A DNA stretch of 64,000 bases from contig JBBRLQ010000002.1 of assembly GCA_038231275.1 (NCBI GenBank), positions 448,001-512,000 on the forward strand. The letters are read 5' to 3'. Under the pieces are notes generated by a model. It was not told where the DNA came from. It did not search any database and saw only the letters and a list, made by a program, of their open reading frames with translations. A program made the position numbers and the translations under genes. Below, in pieces: positions 1-9,782 of this stretch. The first letter of the stretch is position 1; each line of letters starts with the position of its first letter. The DNA comes from Polyangiales bacterium. Its GTDB lineage: Bacteria > Myxococcota_A > Polyangia > Polyangiales > Polyangiaceae.

Positions 1-261
1 GAAGAAGACCGTCGGCGGCTTCCGAAAGACGCGCTACGTCGGCCTCGGCGCCAACCAGATCGCCGGCTACATGATCGGCGCCGCGTACAACCTCCTGCGC
101 ATCGCGAAACTCTGGCCCGACCCTCGACGCACGCACGGCGCCCTCACCTGACCCAGGTGGAGGGGACCGCCGCGCGGCCCCCTCTGCCGGCCAAGCCGGC
201 ATTCACCCCCAGCGCGAAGCCGCTCCCGCGCCTTCGGCAGGCTGCTTTTGCAGCCTGCTAG
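1..261 (+). mobile_element. Right end of an IS5-family insertion sequence, ending ...TTTTGCAGCCTG followed by a CTAG target site
   Basis: Frame +2 encodes a transposase C-terminus. The terminal GCAGCCTG-CTAG (250-261) resembles ends of CTAG-targeting IS5-group elements. The left end lies outside the window. Confidence 0.75.
2..151 (+). CDS. IS5-family DDE transposase, C-terminal fragment (5' partial)
   Basis: Manual translation KKTVGGFRKTRYVGLGANQIAGYMIGAAYNLLRIAKL...* matches the K-T-x-G-G-x-R-K-x-R-Y-x-G ... AAYNLxR transposase tail. Confidence 0.85.
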   Translation, partial: KKTVGGFRKTRYVGLGANQIAGYMIGAAYNLLRIAKLWPDPRRTHGALT

Positions 262-539
262 GCGACAGCGGCGACGGGCATGTGCGACTCCGAGCGGACG
301 TCCTTCAGCTTGCACGAGCGGAGGGTCGTCGCGACGGCGAGGCCGGCCATCGTCGGGCGCATGCGGAGCGCGTCGACGAAGCCCTCTTGATGGAGGCGCG
401 AGACGACGCGGCGGACATCTTCGCGGCGCGCGCCGACGACACGGGAGACGTCGTCGACGGTGACGACGCGCGCGCGGGGGCGGGCGATGGCGCGGAGGAC
501 GTGGGCGGCCAAGGCGTGGGTGTCGAATTCGATCGTCAT
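258..539 (-). CDS. Small hypothetical protein, probable winged-HTH (93 aa)
   Basis: MTIEFDTHAL...VTVDDVSRVVGARREDVRRVVSRLHQEGFVD has an HTH-like pattern. ATG at 539. Confidence 0.65.
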   Translation of the reverse strand: MTIEFDTHALAAHVLRAIARPRARVVTVDDVSRVVGARREDVRRVVSRLHQEGFVDALRMRPTMAGLAVATTLRSCKLKDVRSESHMPVAAVA

Positions 540-747
540 GGTACGTGTAGAGTGCAAGTACGACGCCAACCGACATCACCATTCACGTTGGACGACGAAC
601 CCGCGTTTTTTTCGAGAAACACGCCGATTGCGCGGCCGGGCACTTATCGAAGTGCTTCAGGAAATATGTGGATCATGCATGCATCGGCGCATGCGCGCAG
701 GATCCAGGCGCGTCTCCGCCACGTGTTTCGTTTCGCCTCGCTTCGCC

Positions 748-1482
748 TCACTTGACCAGCGTAACTGCGGTCGCGCACGGATGGCCTTCGGCGCAGAGGA
801 AGCGCTTCGACGTAATCGACACGACGTCGCACGCGCTGAAGAGGCCGCCCGAGATCGAGATCGCGCAGCCCTGGGGATCGAAGCGCACGGTGTAGCCGCC
901 CGCGCCGTCGCGGTGCTGGCAAGGGGTCGTGAAGATCTGATCCCGGAGGGCCTCCTGCACGCTCTCGCCGGCGGGCGGATTGCATGGGACGGTCTCGCGC
1001 GACGCGCAGCCCGTGGTGTCGAGGGGCGTGGCCCCGGCGTCGACGCGGCACGCGAGCGTGCACGGAACAACGGACTCCTTCCACCCGATAAGATCCTCGC
1101 CGAGCGGACCGCAAACGTAGCTCGCGAGGTACGTCCCCGACGCGTCGGTGAGCGCGTACGTGCACGCCGCGCTCGGATTGGTCGGCGGCACGCACGCTGC
1201 GCGAGGGAGCGGCGCGACGGGAGGGCACCCGGGCGCAAGAGGCGGCGTGAGATCGCAGTGTCCTTCGGGGATCGTGCCGGCGTCACCGTTGATTGGCGGA
1301 ACGTACGCGTCGTAGCCGTCCGTCGCGTCGTCGCTCGACCACGGCGCTTGGGCGTCGTCACCGAGCGCGGGGAACGCGGCGTCGCGCGAGGTGCCGTCGT
1401 CGAGCGCCGAACGACCACACGCCGCGAGCGCGACGACCGACGCGACGGCGGAGAAGAGCAGTGCACGGACGGGCATCGCCAT
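748..1482 (-). CDS. Cys-rich hypothetical lipoprotein
   Basis: 3' part of ORF 748..2667. Signal peptide and lipobox MAMPVRALLFSAVASVVALAAC, followed by a Cys-rich body. Confidence 0.7.
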   Translation of the reverse strand: MAMPVRALLFSAVASVVALAACGRSALDDGTSRDAAFPALGDDAQAPWSSDDATDGYDAYVPPINGDAGTIPEGHCDLTPPLAPGCPPVAPLPRAACVPPTNPSAACTYALTDASGTYLASYVCGPLGEDLIGWKESVVPCTLACRVDAGATPLDTTGCASRETVPCNPPAGESVQEALRDQIFTTPCQHRDGAGGYTVRFDPQGCAISISGGLFSACDVVSITSKRFLCAEGHPCATAVTLVK

Positions 1483-1526
1483 CGGACAGTGATGGCCGGC
1501 GATGGCGCGTTCCGTCTCCGCGAATG

Positions 1527-3614
1527 TCAGCGGCGCTTCGAGAGCGGGCGATCGCCCCAACCGTCCGACTTCCCGGCGGGGCGCGGTGGGCCTGAGCGGG
1601 GCGGCGGGCCTGAGCGGGGCGGCGGGCCTGAGCGGGGCGGCGGACCCGAGCGGGGCGGCAACGTTCCTTCGGTGTCGCGCGCGAACTTCACGCGCGGGTT
1701 GCGCTCGTCCGGCTTGGCGGCGGCCTCGGCGAAGGCGTCGGCGAGATGCGCAGCGACCTCGACGGTCGACCACGTGGACCCCAATCGGATCGCGCCGATG
1801 TCCTTGCCACCGACGCCGCCGCGGCGGCACGCGACCGCCATCAGCCTGCGCGCGTCGGCGCCGTGGAGCTCGCCCCACGTGACACGGAACGGAACCCACG
1901 CGTCGCCACCGGGCGGCGGACGGCGCGGAGCGGACTCGAAGGCAGGACGCTCGGCGCGTGCCGAGCGCGACGGACGATCGGCCGGTACCGCGCGCGTGGA
2001 ACGCGACGGGCGATCCGCGGGCACTGCGCGCGTCGTACGCGAAGGGCGATCCGCGGGCACTGCGCGCGTCGTACGCGAAGGGCGATCCGCGGGCACCGCG
2101 CGCGTCGTACGCGAAGGGCGATCCGCGGGCACCGCGCGCGCCGTACGCGAAGGACGATCGGAGGGCGCCGTGCGCGCCGACCGCGAAGGCCGATCGACGG
2201 GAGCCTTGGAATACGGCACTCGCGGGGCGGGGGCCGTATGGGGCGTCTGGTAACGCTCCCGGGCCGCGTTCGGCGATGCGTACGAGCGAATCTCGCGCGC
2301 CTGCGCGACGCCGGTGCGACGCGCACGGACGATCAGGCGTGCGATCGTCCGCGCCGGATCGGCGTCCTTGGCGATCTGCTTCGCGAGGTTCCACGTGCGA
2401 TCGTCGAAGCCCGCGAAGCCCTCGGCGTCCGGCGCGACGAGCTCCTCGCGCAGGCGCTCGTCCGCCGCGTCGCGGATCATGGCCGCGGTGGGGAGCGGTT
2501 CGACCCGGAAGGTCACGCGCGCTCGAAAGAGCAGCGACGAGACGCGACGGAGCCCCGCGGGGGCGATGAGGATGCCGCTCCGACCCTTGCGGCCCGCGCG
2601 CCCGGTCCGGCCGCTGCGGTGCGTGTACGTGTCGGGATCGTCCGGCGCATCGGCGTGCAAGACACACGCGATGTCCTGCACGTCGAGGCCGCGCCCCGCC
2701 ACGTCGGTGGCAACGAGGACGCGCAAATCGCCGCGCTTGAAGCCGGCGAGGGCGCGATCACGGGCAGGCTGCTCCATCTCGCCCGACAGCGAGCTGACCC
2801 CGAACCCGGCTTGCGAAAGCTCGCGCGACACCCGCGCGACGTCGGCGCGCGTGCGGCAGAAGATGAGCGTCTGCTCGTCCGGCCGCGACAGGAGCAAATT
2901 CACGATGGCGTCGACGCGCTCGCGCGGCTCGCTGAGGTAGACGACGTGATCGATGTCGGAGTTCGCCTCGCCGAGGCGCGTCCCCTCGACGTGCGCGGGA
3001 TCCCTCTGCACCGCGTCGGCGAGGGCACGGACGTCGCGCGGGAACGTGGCCGAGACCAGGTGCGTGCGACGCGTCGCCGGCGTCGTCGCGAGGATCTTCT
3101 CGAGGTCCTCGCGGAAGCCGAGATCGAGGAGTCGATCGGCCTCGTCGAGCACGACCGCGCCGACCTCGCTCGCGTCGATGGCGCCTCGCGTCAGGTGATC
3201 CAGAAGCCGCCCCGGCGTCCCAACGACCAGCCCAGGACCGGCCCCCAGCGCCCGACGCTCATCGCGCACGCTCGTGCCGCCCGCGACCGAGACGACCTTG
3301 GCCGTCCCCGCGTAGAGCCACGCGAGCTCCTCCTCTACTTGGCGCGCCAGCTCGCGGGTCGGCGCGACGACCAGTGCCCGGGGCCTCGCGACGCCACCTT
3401 TGCCGGCCGACGCTCCGACGACGACGCTGCGCAGCACGAAACCGATGGCCACCGTCTTGCCGGACCCCGTCTGCGACGTCATCCGCAGGTCGCGATCGGC
3501 CAGCTCCGGCGCGAGGACGGCCTCCTGCACGGACGTCAGGGACGCGTACCCTTTCTTCTCCAGCGCGGCGGTGAGGGCGGGCCCCAGTGTCTCGGCGAGG
3601 TCGGCCTCGTTCAT
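1527..3614 (-). CDS. DEAD-box RNA helicase with C-terminal DbpA-type RNA-binding domain (DeaD/CsdA-like)
   Basis: Q motif, SQTGSGKT, PTRELA, TPGR, DEAD, SAT, HRSGRTGRAG. The C-terminus has a GKDIGAIRLGSTWSTVEV DbpA-like segment. Start MNEADL at 3614. Confidence 0.93.
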   Translation of the reverse strand: MNEADLAETLGPALTAALEKKGYASLTSVQEAVLAPELADRDLRMTSQTGSGKTVAIGFVLRSVVVGASAGKGGVARPRALVVAPTRELARQVEEELAWLYAGTAKVVSVAGGTSVRDERRALGAGPGLVVGTPGRLLDHLTRGAIDASEVGAVVLDEADRLLDLGFREDLEKILATTPATRRTHLVSATFPRDVRALADAVQRDPAHVEGTRLGEANSDIDHVVYLSEPRERVDAIVNLLLSRPDEQTLIFCRTRADVARVSRELSQAGFGVSSLSGEMEQPARDRALAGFKRGDLRVLVATDVAGRGLDVQDIACVLHADAPDDPDTYTHRSGRTGRAGRKGRSGILIAPAGLRRVSSLLFRARVTFRVEPLPTAAMIRDAADERLREELVAPDAEGFAGFDDRTWNLAKQIAKDADPARTIARLIVRARRTGVAQAREIRSYASPNAARERYQTPHTAPAPRVPYSKAPVDRPSRSARTAPSDRPSRTARAVPADRPSRTTRAVPADRPSRTTRAVPADRPSRTTRAVPADRPSRSTRAVPADRPSRSARAERPAFESAPRRPPPGGDAWVPFRVTWGELHGADARRLMAVACRRGGVGGKDIGAIRLGSTWSTVEVAAHLADAFAEAAAKPDERNPRVKFARDTEGTLPPRSGPPPRSGPPPRSGPPPRSGPPRPAGKSDGWGDRPLSKRR
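1588..1659. repeat. 18-bp tandem repeat x4 (PPRSGP) in the helicase C-terminal tail
   Basis: GGGCCTGAGCGGGGCGGC x3 plus one variant copy, in frame. Confidence 0.9.
1971..2196. repeat. 36-bp tandem repeat x~6 (RAVPADRPSRTT) in the helicase linker
   Basis: AGGGCGATCCGCGGGCACYGCGCGCGTCGTACGCGA units head-to-tail with no spacers. Outer copies are degenerate. Confidence 0.92.
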
Positions 3615-3738
3615 GGTGCCGCGCCTCGTAGCAGGCCGGAAGGCATGCGGATAGGCGAGAAATTCTCTTCGCGCCTGGCCTCCTTGCAGTTTCGTGACAA
3701 TTTCGCGCCGAAAAGGGCGGTATTTGGCGGTTTGGACG

Positions 3739-4494
3739 ATGCCCAACGCCGCGACTGGCCTGTACACGTACGTCGAGTTCGGCCTGTGCGTGGCCGCGTT
3801 CCTGCCCATCATGGCCGTCTCGCGCGGCCTGCATCGCGGGGACCCGACGCAGCGCCTGCCAGGGCGGTGGATGCGGCGCCTGGGCAAGACCTCGAGCGCG
3901 CTCACCCCGCTGTGGAAATTCACGGTCGAAGGGGACGCGCCCGCCGACATCGACCACAAGCCGTACGTCGTCGTCGCCAACCACGAGTCGCAGGCCGACC
4001 CCTTCCTCTTGTCGTGGCTGCCGTGGGACATGCGCTGGGTGGCAAAAGAGGAGCTCTTCAAACCGCCGCTCACCGGTTGGGCCATGCGCCTGAGCGGCGA
4101 CATCAAGCTGCGCCGCGGCGAGAAGGACAGCGTCGTGGCCATGATGAAGGAGTGCGAGAGCGCGCTCGCGGGCGGCATCTCGGTGATGCTCTTTCCGGAG
4201 GGCACGCGCTCCAAGGACGGCAACCTCCTCCCCTTCAAGAACGGCGCGTTCGATCTCGCCATCCGCGCGCAGGTGCCGGTGCTGCCCGTCGCGATTGCCG
4301 GGACGCGGCAGATGCGCCCGAAGCACTCCAAGTGGTTCGGCAAGGCGCGCGCGTGCGCGAAGATCCTGACGCCGGTGCCCTCCGCGGGCCTCGGCGCGGA
4401 CGACGTCGCGACCTTGCGCGACCGGACGCGCGATACGATCGCGGCGGCACTGCCGGATCTGCGCGCGCGCTATGGGGAGCTGCCTCAAGACTGA
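3739..4494 (+). CDS. Lysophospholipid acyltransferase (PlsC family)
   Basis: NHESQAD (Hx4D), AKEELF and FPEGTRS motifs. Confidence 0.92.
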   Translation: MPNAATGLYTYVEFGLCVAAFLPIMAVSRGLHRGDPTQRLPGRWMRRLGKTSSALTPLWKFTVEGDAPADIDHKPYVVVANHESQADPFLLSWLPWDMRWVAKEELFKPPLTGWAMRLSGDIKLRRGEKDSVVAMMKECESALAGGISVMLFPEGTRSKDGNLLPFKNGAFDLAIRAQVPVLPVAIAGTRQMRPKHSKWFGKARACAKILTPVPSAGLGADDVATLRDRTRDTIAAALPDLRARYGELPQD

Positions 4495-4528
4495 TAGTGG
4501 TGGTTAGAATGGGCGCGTGCCCCGGTCC

Positions 4529-6313
4529 ATGCCGCGCTTCGCCGCTCCGGAAGTCCACCGCGCTCCTCTCGAGGGAGGCGGCTTCGTGCTCCGCGTTCCG
4601 ACGCCGCTCGGCGAGTGCCCGCGCCGCGTCGGCGACAAGCTCGCGCATTGGGCGAAGGTCGCCGGTGATCGCCCCTTCCTCGTCGAGCGCGGCGACGACG
4701 GCGCGTGGCGAAGGACGTCGTACGCCGACGCCTTCGCCGCAGCGCGCAGCCTGGGCCAAGTGCTGCTCGATCTCGGGCTCGGGCCGACACGACCGCTCAT
4801 GCTCCTGTCGGGCAATTCGGTCGACCACGCGCTCCTTCAGCTCGCAGGCATGCACGTCGGGATCCCTGTCGCACCGGTGTCGCCCGCGTACTCGCTCCTG
4901 TCCGCGGACTTCGCCAAGCTCCGCACGATCGCCGCCGATCTCGCGCCCGGCGCCGTCTACGTGGACGACGGCGCCGCCTTCGCGAAGGCCCTCGGCGCGC
5001 TCGGGCTCGACGTCCCCATCCTCGTCAGCCGACGCGGAGACGCGCTCTCTGCCGCCCATGTCCTCATCGTGAACGACGCGCGCTCGACGTCGCCCACCGC
5101 GGACGTCGACGAGGCATTCGACGCGACGGGGCCCGACACCGTCGCCAAGATCCTCTTCACGTCCGGCTCGACCGGCGCTCCCAAGGGCGTCGTCAACACG
5201 CAGCGCATGCTCTCGACGAACCAGGAGGCCATCGCCGCCGGCTGGCCGTTCCTCGCCGAGCGCCCTCCGATCGTCGTCGACTGGCTCCCGTGGAGCCACA
5301 CGTTCGGCGGCAACCACAACTTCTTCCTCGTCCTCTGGCACGGCGGCACGCTCTACGTCGACGCGGGAAAGCCTGCGCCCGGGGCGTTCGAAACGACGCT
5401 TCGGAACCTGCGCGAGATCTCGCCGACTCTGTATTTCAACGTGCCGCGCGGCTTCGACATGCTCGCCACGCAGCTCGAGAACGACGCAGCGCTCCGGGAC
5501 ACGTTCTTCGCGGAGCTCGATCTCGTCTTCTACGCGGCGGCGGCGCTCCCGCAGTCGACGTGGGCGCGCATCGAGGAGGTGAGCCGGAGAGCGCGGGGGG
5601 AGGTCGTCGCCATGGTGTCGGCGTGGGGCTCGACCGAGACGTCGCCGCTCGCGACGCAGGTGCACTTCTCGATCCCCCGGGCGGGCGTCATCGGTCTGCC
5701 CGCGCGCGGGACCGAACTCGCGTTCGTGCCGAGCGGGAGCAAGCTCGAGATGCGCGTGAAGGGGCCCAACGTGTCGCCCGGGTACTGGCGCGCCGGCGGA
5801 CGGGTCGAGCCGCTTGCCCTCGACGAAGGCGGATTTTTTCCGATGGGCGACGCCGGACGGCTCGAGGACGACGCCGATCCGACCAAGGGCGTCGTCTTCG
5901 ACGGCCGCACTGCCGAGAACTTCAAGCTCGCGAGCGGCACCTGGGTCCACGTCGGCGAGCTAAGGATTCAGCTCGTCGCCGCGTGCGCGCCGCTCGTCGC
6001 GGACGCCGTGGTGACCGGCCATGACCGCGAGGAGATCGGCGCCCTCTTCTTCGTGACGCCGGACGCGGCGAAGAGGCCGGATCTCGACGTCGAGCTCACG
6101 TCGCGCCTCCTTGCCTTCAACGCCGGACGCGCCGGGACGAGCACGCGCGTCGCCCGCGCCCTCGTGCTCGACGAGGCCCCGAGCATCGACGCCGGCGAGA
6201 TCACCGACAAGGGATACCTCAACCAACGCGCGGTCCTCGAGCGCCGCGCCGACGAAGTTGCACGCTTGTACGATTTCGCCCCGGGCCGAGTCCATGTACG
6301 CAAGAGGCCATGA
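4529..6313 (+). CDS. fcs: Feruloyl-CoA synthase-like AMP-dependent acyl-CoA ligase
   Basis: FTSGSTGAPKG, DWLPWSHTFGGNHN, FNVPRGF, WGSTET, GEITDKGYLNQ. Confidence 0.85.
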   Translation: MPRFAAPEVHRAPLEGGGFVLRVPTPLGECPRRVGDKLAHWAKVAGDRPFLVERGDDGAWRRTSYADAFAAARSLGQVLLDLGLGPTRPLMLLSGNSVDHALLQLAGMHVGIPVAPVSPAYSLLSADFAKLRTIAADLAPGAVYVDDGAAFAKALGALGLDVPILVSRRGDALSAAHVLIVNDARSTSPTADVDEAFDATGPDTVAKILFTSGSTGAPKGVVNTQRMLSTNQEAIAAGWPFLAERPPIVVDWLPWSHTFGGNHNFFLVLWHGGTLYVDAGKPAPGAFETTLRNLREISPTLYFNVPRGFDMLATQLENDAALRDTFFAELDLVFYAAAALPQSTWARIEEVSRRARGEVVAMVSAWGSTETSPLATQVHFSIPRAGVIGLPARGTELAFVPSGSKLEMRVKGPNVSPGYWRAGGRVEPLALDEGGFFPMGDAGRLEDDADPTKGVVFDGRTAENFKLASGTWVHVGELRIQLVAACAPLVADAVVTGHDREEIGALFFVTPDAAKRPDLDVELTSRLLAFNAGRAGTSTRVARALVLDEAPSIDAGEITDKGYLNQRAVLERRADEVARLYDFAPGRVHVRKRP

Positions 6314-6963
6314 CCACGCGCACCGCCCTCCTCGCCGGAGCCACAGGGCTCGTCGGCGGCCACACGCTCGAGCAGCTCCTCGCGCACCCCGACTACGCGC
6401 GCGTCACGGTGTTCGTGAGGCGATCGCTCGGCAAGACGCATGACAAGCTCGACGAGCGCGTGGTCGATTTCGAAGCGCTCGACGCCGCAAAGGCGGGCCT
6501 CGCCGCGGACGACGTGTACGCGTGCCTCGGAACCACGATCAAGGTCGCCGGCAGCCAGGAGAAGTTCCGGCGCGTCGATCACGACTACACGGTCGCGGTC
6601 GCGAAGCTCGGCAAGGAGGCGGGGGCGACGCGCCTCGCGCTCGTCTCGTCGGTCGGCGCGACCGAGAAGGGCGGCAACTTTTATCTGCGCGTGAAGGGGG
6701 AGACGGAGCGCGACGTCGCGGCGCTCGGCTTCGACGTGGTGAACGTGGCGCGGCCGAGCCTCCTCGTCGGTGATCGGCGCGAGAGCAGACCCGCGGAGGC
6801 GGCAGGTATCGCGGTTGCACGGGCGCTCGCGTTCACGATGGTCGGTGGACTGCGCGGGTACCGCCCGATCGAAGCGAAGACGGTCGCGGCCGGCCTCGTG
6901 CGGGCGACGCTGAAGGGCGAGCCCGGCGTTCACGTGCTGCAGTTCGCGGAGCTCACTGCGTAG
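6310..6963 (+). CDS. NAD(P)-binding atypical SDR (CC3/TIP30/YraR-like)
   Basis: GATGLVG, CLGTTIKVAGS, FYLRVKGE, RPSLL. ATGA overlap with fcs. Confidence 0.88.
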   Translation: MTTRTALLAGATGLVGGHTLEQLLAHPDYARVTVFVRRSLGKTHDKLDERVVDFEALDAAKAGLAADDVYACLGTTIKVAGSQEKFRRVDHDYTVAVAKLGKEAGATRLALVSSVGATEKGGNFYLRVKGETERDVAALGFDVVNVARPSLLVGDRRESRPAEAAGIAVARALAFTMVGGLRGYRPIEAKTVAAGLVRATLKGEPGVHVLQFAELTA

Positions 6964-8615
6964 TGGCACGCGAGCCCCTGGGCGAGGACGACGCGGTGCG
7001 CCTCTTCGTGGCGCGCGCCGCCGATGCGCGCGGCGCGCCGGTCGTAACCGACGCGGATTTGCCTTACGTGAGGCGCATCGTGTCGGTGCTCGCGTTCAAC
7101 CGCGCGGCGATCCTCTTGGCAGCGGCGCGCGCGACCGAGCTGTCGCCGAAGGCGCTCGCCGACGCGCTCGACACGATGGATCGCGCGGACGCGCCCGTCG
7201 AAGGCGTGCGCGCGCGGCTCTCGCGGGGCGAGGCGCATCGGCTCCTGGGGCGACTCCCCGAGGCATCGGCCGATCTGGAAGCGGTGCTTCGCGAGGCCGC
7301 CGGAGATCTGCACGCCACGGCCGAGGCGCATCGTCTGCTCGGCGCCGTCTATCGCGCGCAGGGACGCGCCGAGGACGCGCTCGCGCACAAGGAGAAGGCC
7401 CTCGCCGCGTTCACCGCGCTCGGCGACAAGGTGATGCGAGCGGTTGCGCACGGAGAGCTCGGGACCGCGCTCGCCGGGCTCGGGCGCCTGCGCGAGGCGC
7501 GCGTCTGTCACGAGCAGGCCCTCGCCGCCCACCGCGAGCTCGGCCACCGCAAGCACGAGGGGGTCGAGCTCTCGTACCTCGGCGTGACGCTTCATCGCCT
7601 GGGCCACTTGGAAGAGGCGCGCCGCGCGCACGAGGCCTCCTTGGCGATCCATCGCGAGACCGCGAATCGGCGGCTCGAGGGCGCCGATCACCTGCACCTC
7701 GGGTACGTCGCGCACGAGCTCGGCGAGATCGACGGAGGACGCGCGCACCTCGAGCAGGCGACGGCGATTCTCCGTGAGGTCGGTGATCGCGCGCTCGTTG
7801 GCGTCGCGCTGAGCCATGCCGGCGCGGTCGAGGTCGAGGCCGGCCGCCCCGAGCTCGCGGGCCCGCTGCTTCACCAGGCCCTCGCGCTCCACGCCGAGGC
7901 CGGCAGCCCGCGTCACGAGGCGACGACCTGGATGCACCTCGCGTGGCACCACGCCGCCCTCGGAGAGCACGACGAAGCCGCGAGCGCGCTCGAACGTGCC
8001 GCGTCACTCGGCCACGGACGCGCGACGGAGGAGGACGAGGCGTGGATCCTCGCGCTCCAGGGGCGGCACGACGAGGCGCGCGGCCTCCGCGTCGAAGATC
8101 TCGGAACGCGGCGGGCCCTCGCCCTCCTCGCGCGCGCGGGTCAGGTGCGCGCCGGCGAGGTCGCCGCAATGGTTTCAACGGATACGAAGGACGCCGCGGA
8201 CGCCGACGACGCCATGGCCTCGCACGCCGGCACGAGCACGAGGCTCCGTCGCGCATCCGCTGCGCTGGAGGCTGCCGTTCGCGCGAGCGGCGCGCTCCTC
8301 GAGATCGCCGCGGACGGCCGATGGTTTCGCGCGACCGACGGCACGACTGTAGACTTGTCGCGCCGCCGAGCTCTGCGCCTTGCCCTCCTTCTATTGGTCG
8401 AGCGCCGCAGCGGCACGCCGGGGATCGGCGTCACCTGGCAGGACCTCCTCGCCGCCGGCTGGCCGGGCGAGCGCGTGCAGGCGGAGGCGGGCTTCTCGCG
8501 TGTGCGTAACGCGCTGTCTCAATTGAGGAAGCTCGGCCTCAAGGACAACCTGCTCACGCGCGACGACGGCTACCTCTTGGACCCCGCCGTCCCTCTCCGC
8601 GGGGTCGAAGTTTAA
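6963..8615 (+). CDS. TPR-repeat protein with C-terminal winged-helix domain and N-terminal STAND helical-domain remnant
   Basis: Repeated LGxLxEARxxHEQALAxHRELG TPRs. The C-terminus DLLAAGWPGE...RVRNALSQLRKLGL..RDDGYLL is OmpR-like wHTH. Confidence 0.8.
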   Translation: MAREPLGEDDAVRLFVARAADARGAPVVTDADLPYVRRIVSVLAFNRAAILLAAARATELSPKALADALDTMDRADAPVEGVRARLSRGEAHRLLGRLPEASADLEAVLREAAGDLHATAEAHRLLGAVYRAQGRAEDALAHKEKALAAFTALGDKVMRAVAHGELGTALAGLGRLREARVCHEQALAAHRELGHRKHEGVELSYLGVTLHRLGHLEEARRAHEASLAIHRETANRRLEGADHLHLGYVAHELGEIDGGRAHLEQATAILREVGDRALVGVALSHAGAVEVEAGRPELAGPLLHQALALHAEAGSPRHEATTWMHLAWHHAALGEHDEAASALERAASLGHGRATEEDEAWILALQGRHDEARGLRVEDLGTRRALALLARAGQVRAGEVAAMVSTDTKDAADADDAMASHAGTSTRLRRASAALEAAVRASGALLEIAADGRWFRATDGTTVDLSRRRALRLALLLLVERRSGTPGIGVTWQDLLAAGWPGERVQAEAGFSRVRNALSQLRKLGLKDNLLTRDDGYLLDPAVPLRGVEV

Positions 8616-8677
8616 CAAGCTGGTACGTGCCTACGCCGCGTACATCCGCCAGAGTCCGCCGGTCCACGGAGGTCCCG

Positions 8678-9763
8678 ATGCGTGCAGTGTACAGCTTTCT
8701 TCTCCTTACGCTCGCAGGGTGCGGCGGCAAACACGCCACGAGCTCTGATCCGGGCGCCGCGCAGATCGACACGACGCCGACCCCGGACGCCGGGTCCCCT
8801 GCCCTCCCCGATCCCGACGCCGGAATGACCCCCGAAGCCGCGCCGCCGAACACCGCCTGCACGCCGACCGCGCCGCGCGCGACGCCGGTGACCCTCTCCG
8901 TCCTCCCCGACGAGAGCGAGACGCCGCAGGTGCAATTTCTCACCACCGCGCAGACCACCATCAAGGTCTTCGGCTACGAGATGGGATACGGCGGGATCCT
9001 CGACACGCTCGTGGCCAAAGCGAAGACCGGCCTCGACGTGCGCGTCATCCTCGACGGCAACACGCAGCGCGCGACGAACGACAAGTACCGCGTGACGCTC
9101 GAGGCGGCGGGCGCGAAGTTCGAGTGGAGCGATCCGAAATTTTCGTACATGCACGCCAAGACGCTCATCGTCGACGGGCAAGCGGCGATGGTCTCGACGG
9201 GGAACTACGCGCTCTCGTACATCAACAAGGAGCGCAACTACGTCGCGCACCTGACCGATCCCCAGGACGTCGCCGATCTCGGCGCGCTCTTCGATGCCGA
9301 CTGGACCCAGGCGACGCCGGATCTGTCGTGCACGCGCCTGATCGTGTCCCCGGTGAACTCGGAGGCGCGCCTCGCCGAGCTGGTGAAGAGCGCGACGAAG
9401 ACGATCGTGATCGAGTCCATGCAGTACGCCGATCGCGCGGTGCAGGCGGCGGTGCTCGAGCGCAAGGCCGCAGGCGTGGACGTGCGCGTGCTCTTGGCGG
9501 CGCCGAGCTGGATCACGACGAACACGCAAGCGGCGGCGGATCTCTCGACGAACGCGATCCCGGCGCGGTGGATGGGGTCGCCGGCGGTGCACGTGAAGTC
9601 CATCGTGGTGGACGGGACGTACGCGTACCTGGGGTCGGAGAACTTGAGCTACACGTCGCTGACGAAGAACCGCGAGATCGGGATCATCCTCTCGGACGTG
9701 CCGGCGGTGCAGACGATGGCCGCGACGTTCGAGAAGGACTGGGCGACGGCGACGGCGTTCTGA
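8678..9763 (+). CDS. Phospholipase D-family lipoprotein (two HKD motifs)
   Basis: HAKTLIVDG and HVKSIVVDG..GSEN. Lipobox LAGC. GGAGG RBS upstream. Confidence 0.9.
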   Translation: MRAVYSFLLLTLAGCGGKHATSSDPGAAQIDTTPTPDAGSPALPDPDAGMTPEAAPPNTACTPTAPRATPVTLSVLPDESETPQVQFLTTAQTTIKVFGYEMGYGGILDTLVAKAKTGLDVRVILDGNTQRATNDKYRVTLEAAGAKFEWSDPKFSYMHAKTLIVDGQAAMVSTGNYALSYINKERNYVAHLTDPQDVADLGALFDADWTQATPDLSCTRLIVSPVNSEARLAELVKSATKTIVIESMQYADRAVQAAVLERKAAGVDVRVLLAAPSWITTNTQAAADLSTNAIPARWMGSPAVHVKSIVVDGTYAYLGSENLSYTSLTKNREIGIILSDVPAVQTMAATFEKDWATATAF

Positions 9764-9782
9764 CCGCGGTCGCGGCGGGAAG

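Noticed and set aside
1971..2196. 36-bp repeats as a CRISPR array
   Set aside because: Units are head-to-tail with no unique spacers, are in frame within the helicase, and no cas genes are present.
1746..5072. 1108-aa plus-strand ORF and similar long ORFs (e.g. 460..2253, 36899..38890, 56997..59396, 58088..59974)
   Set aside because: They overlap well-supported genes in other frames and have low-complexity R/A/G/P composition.
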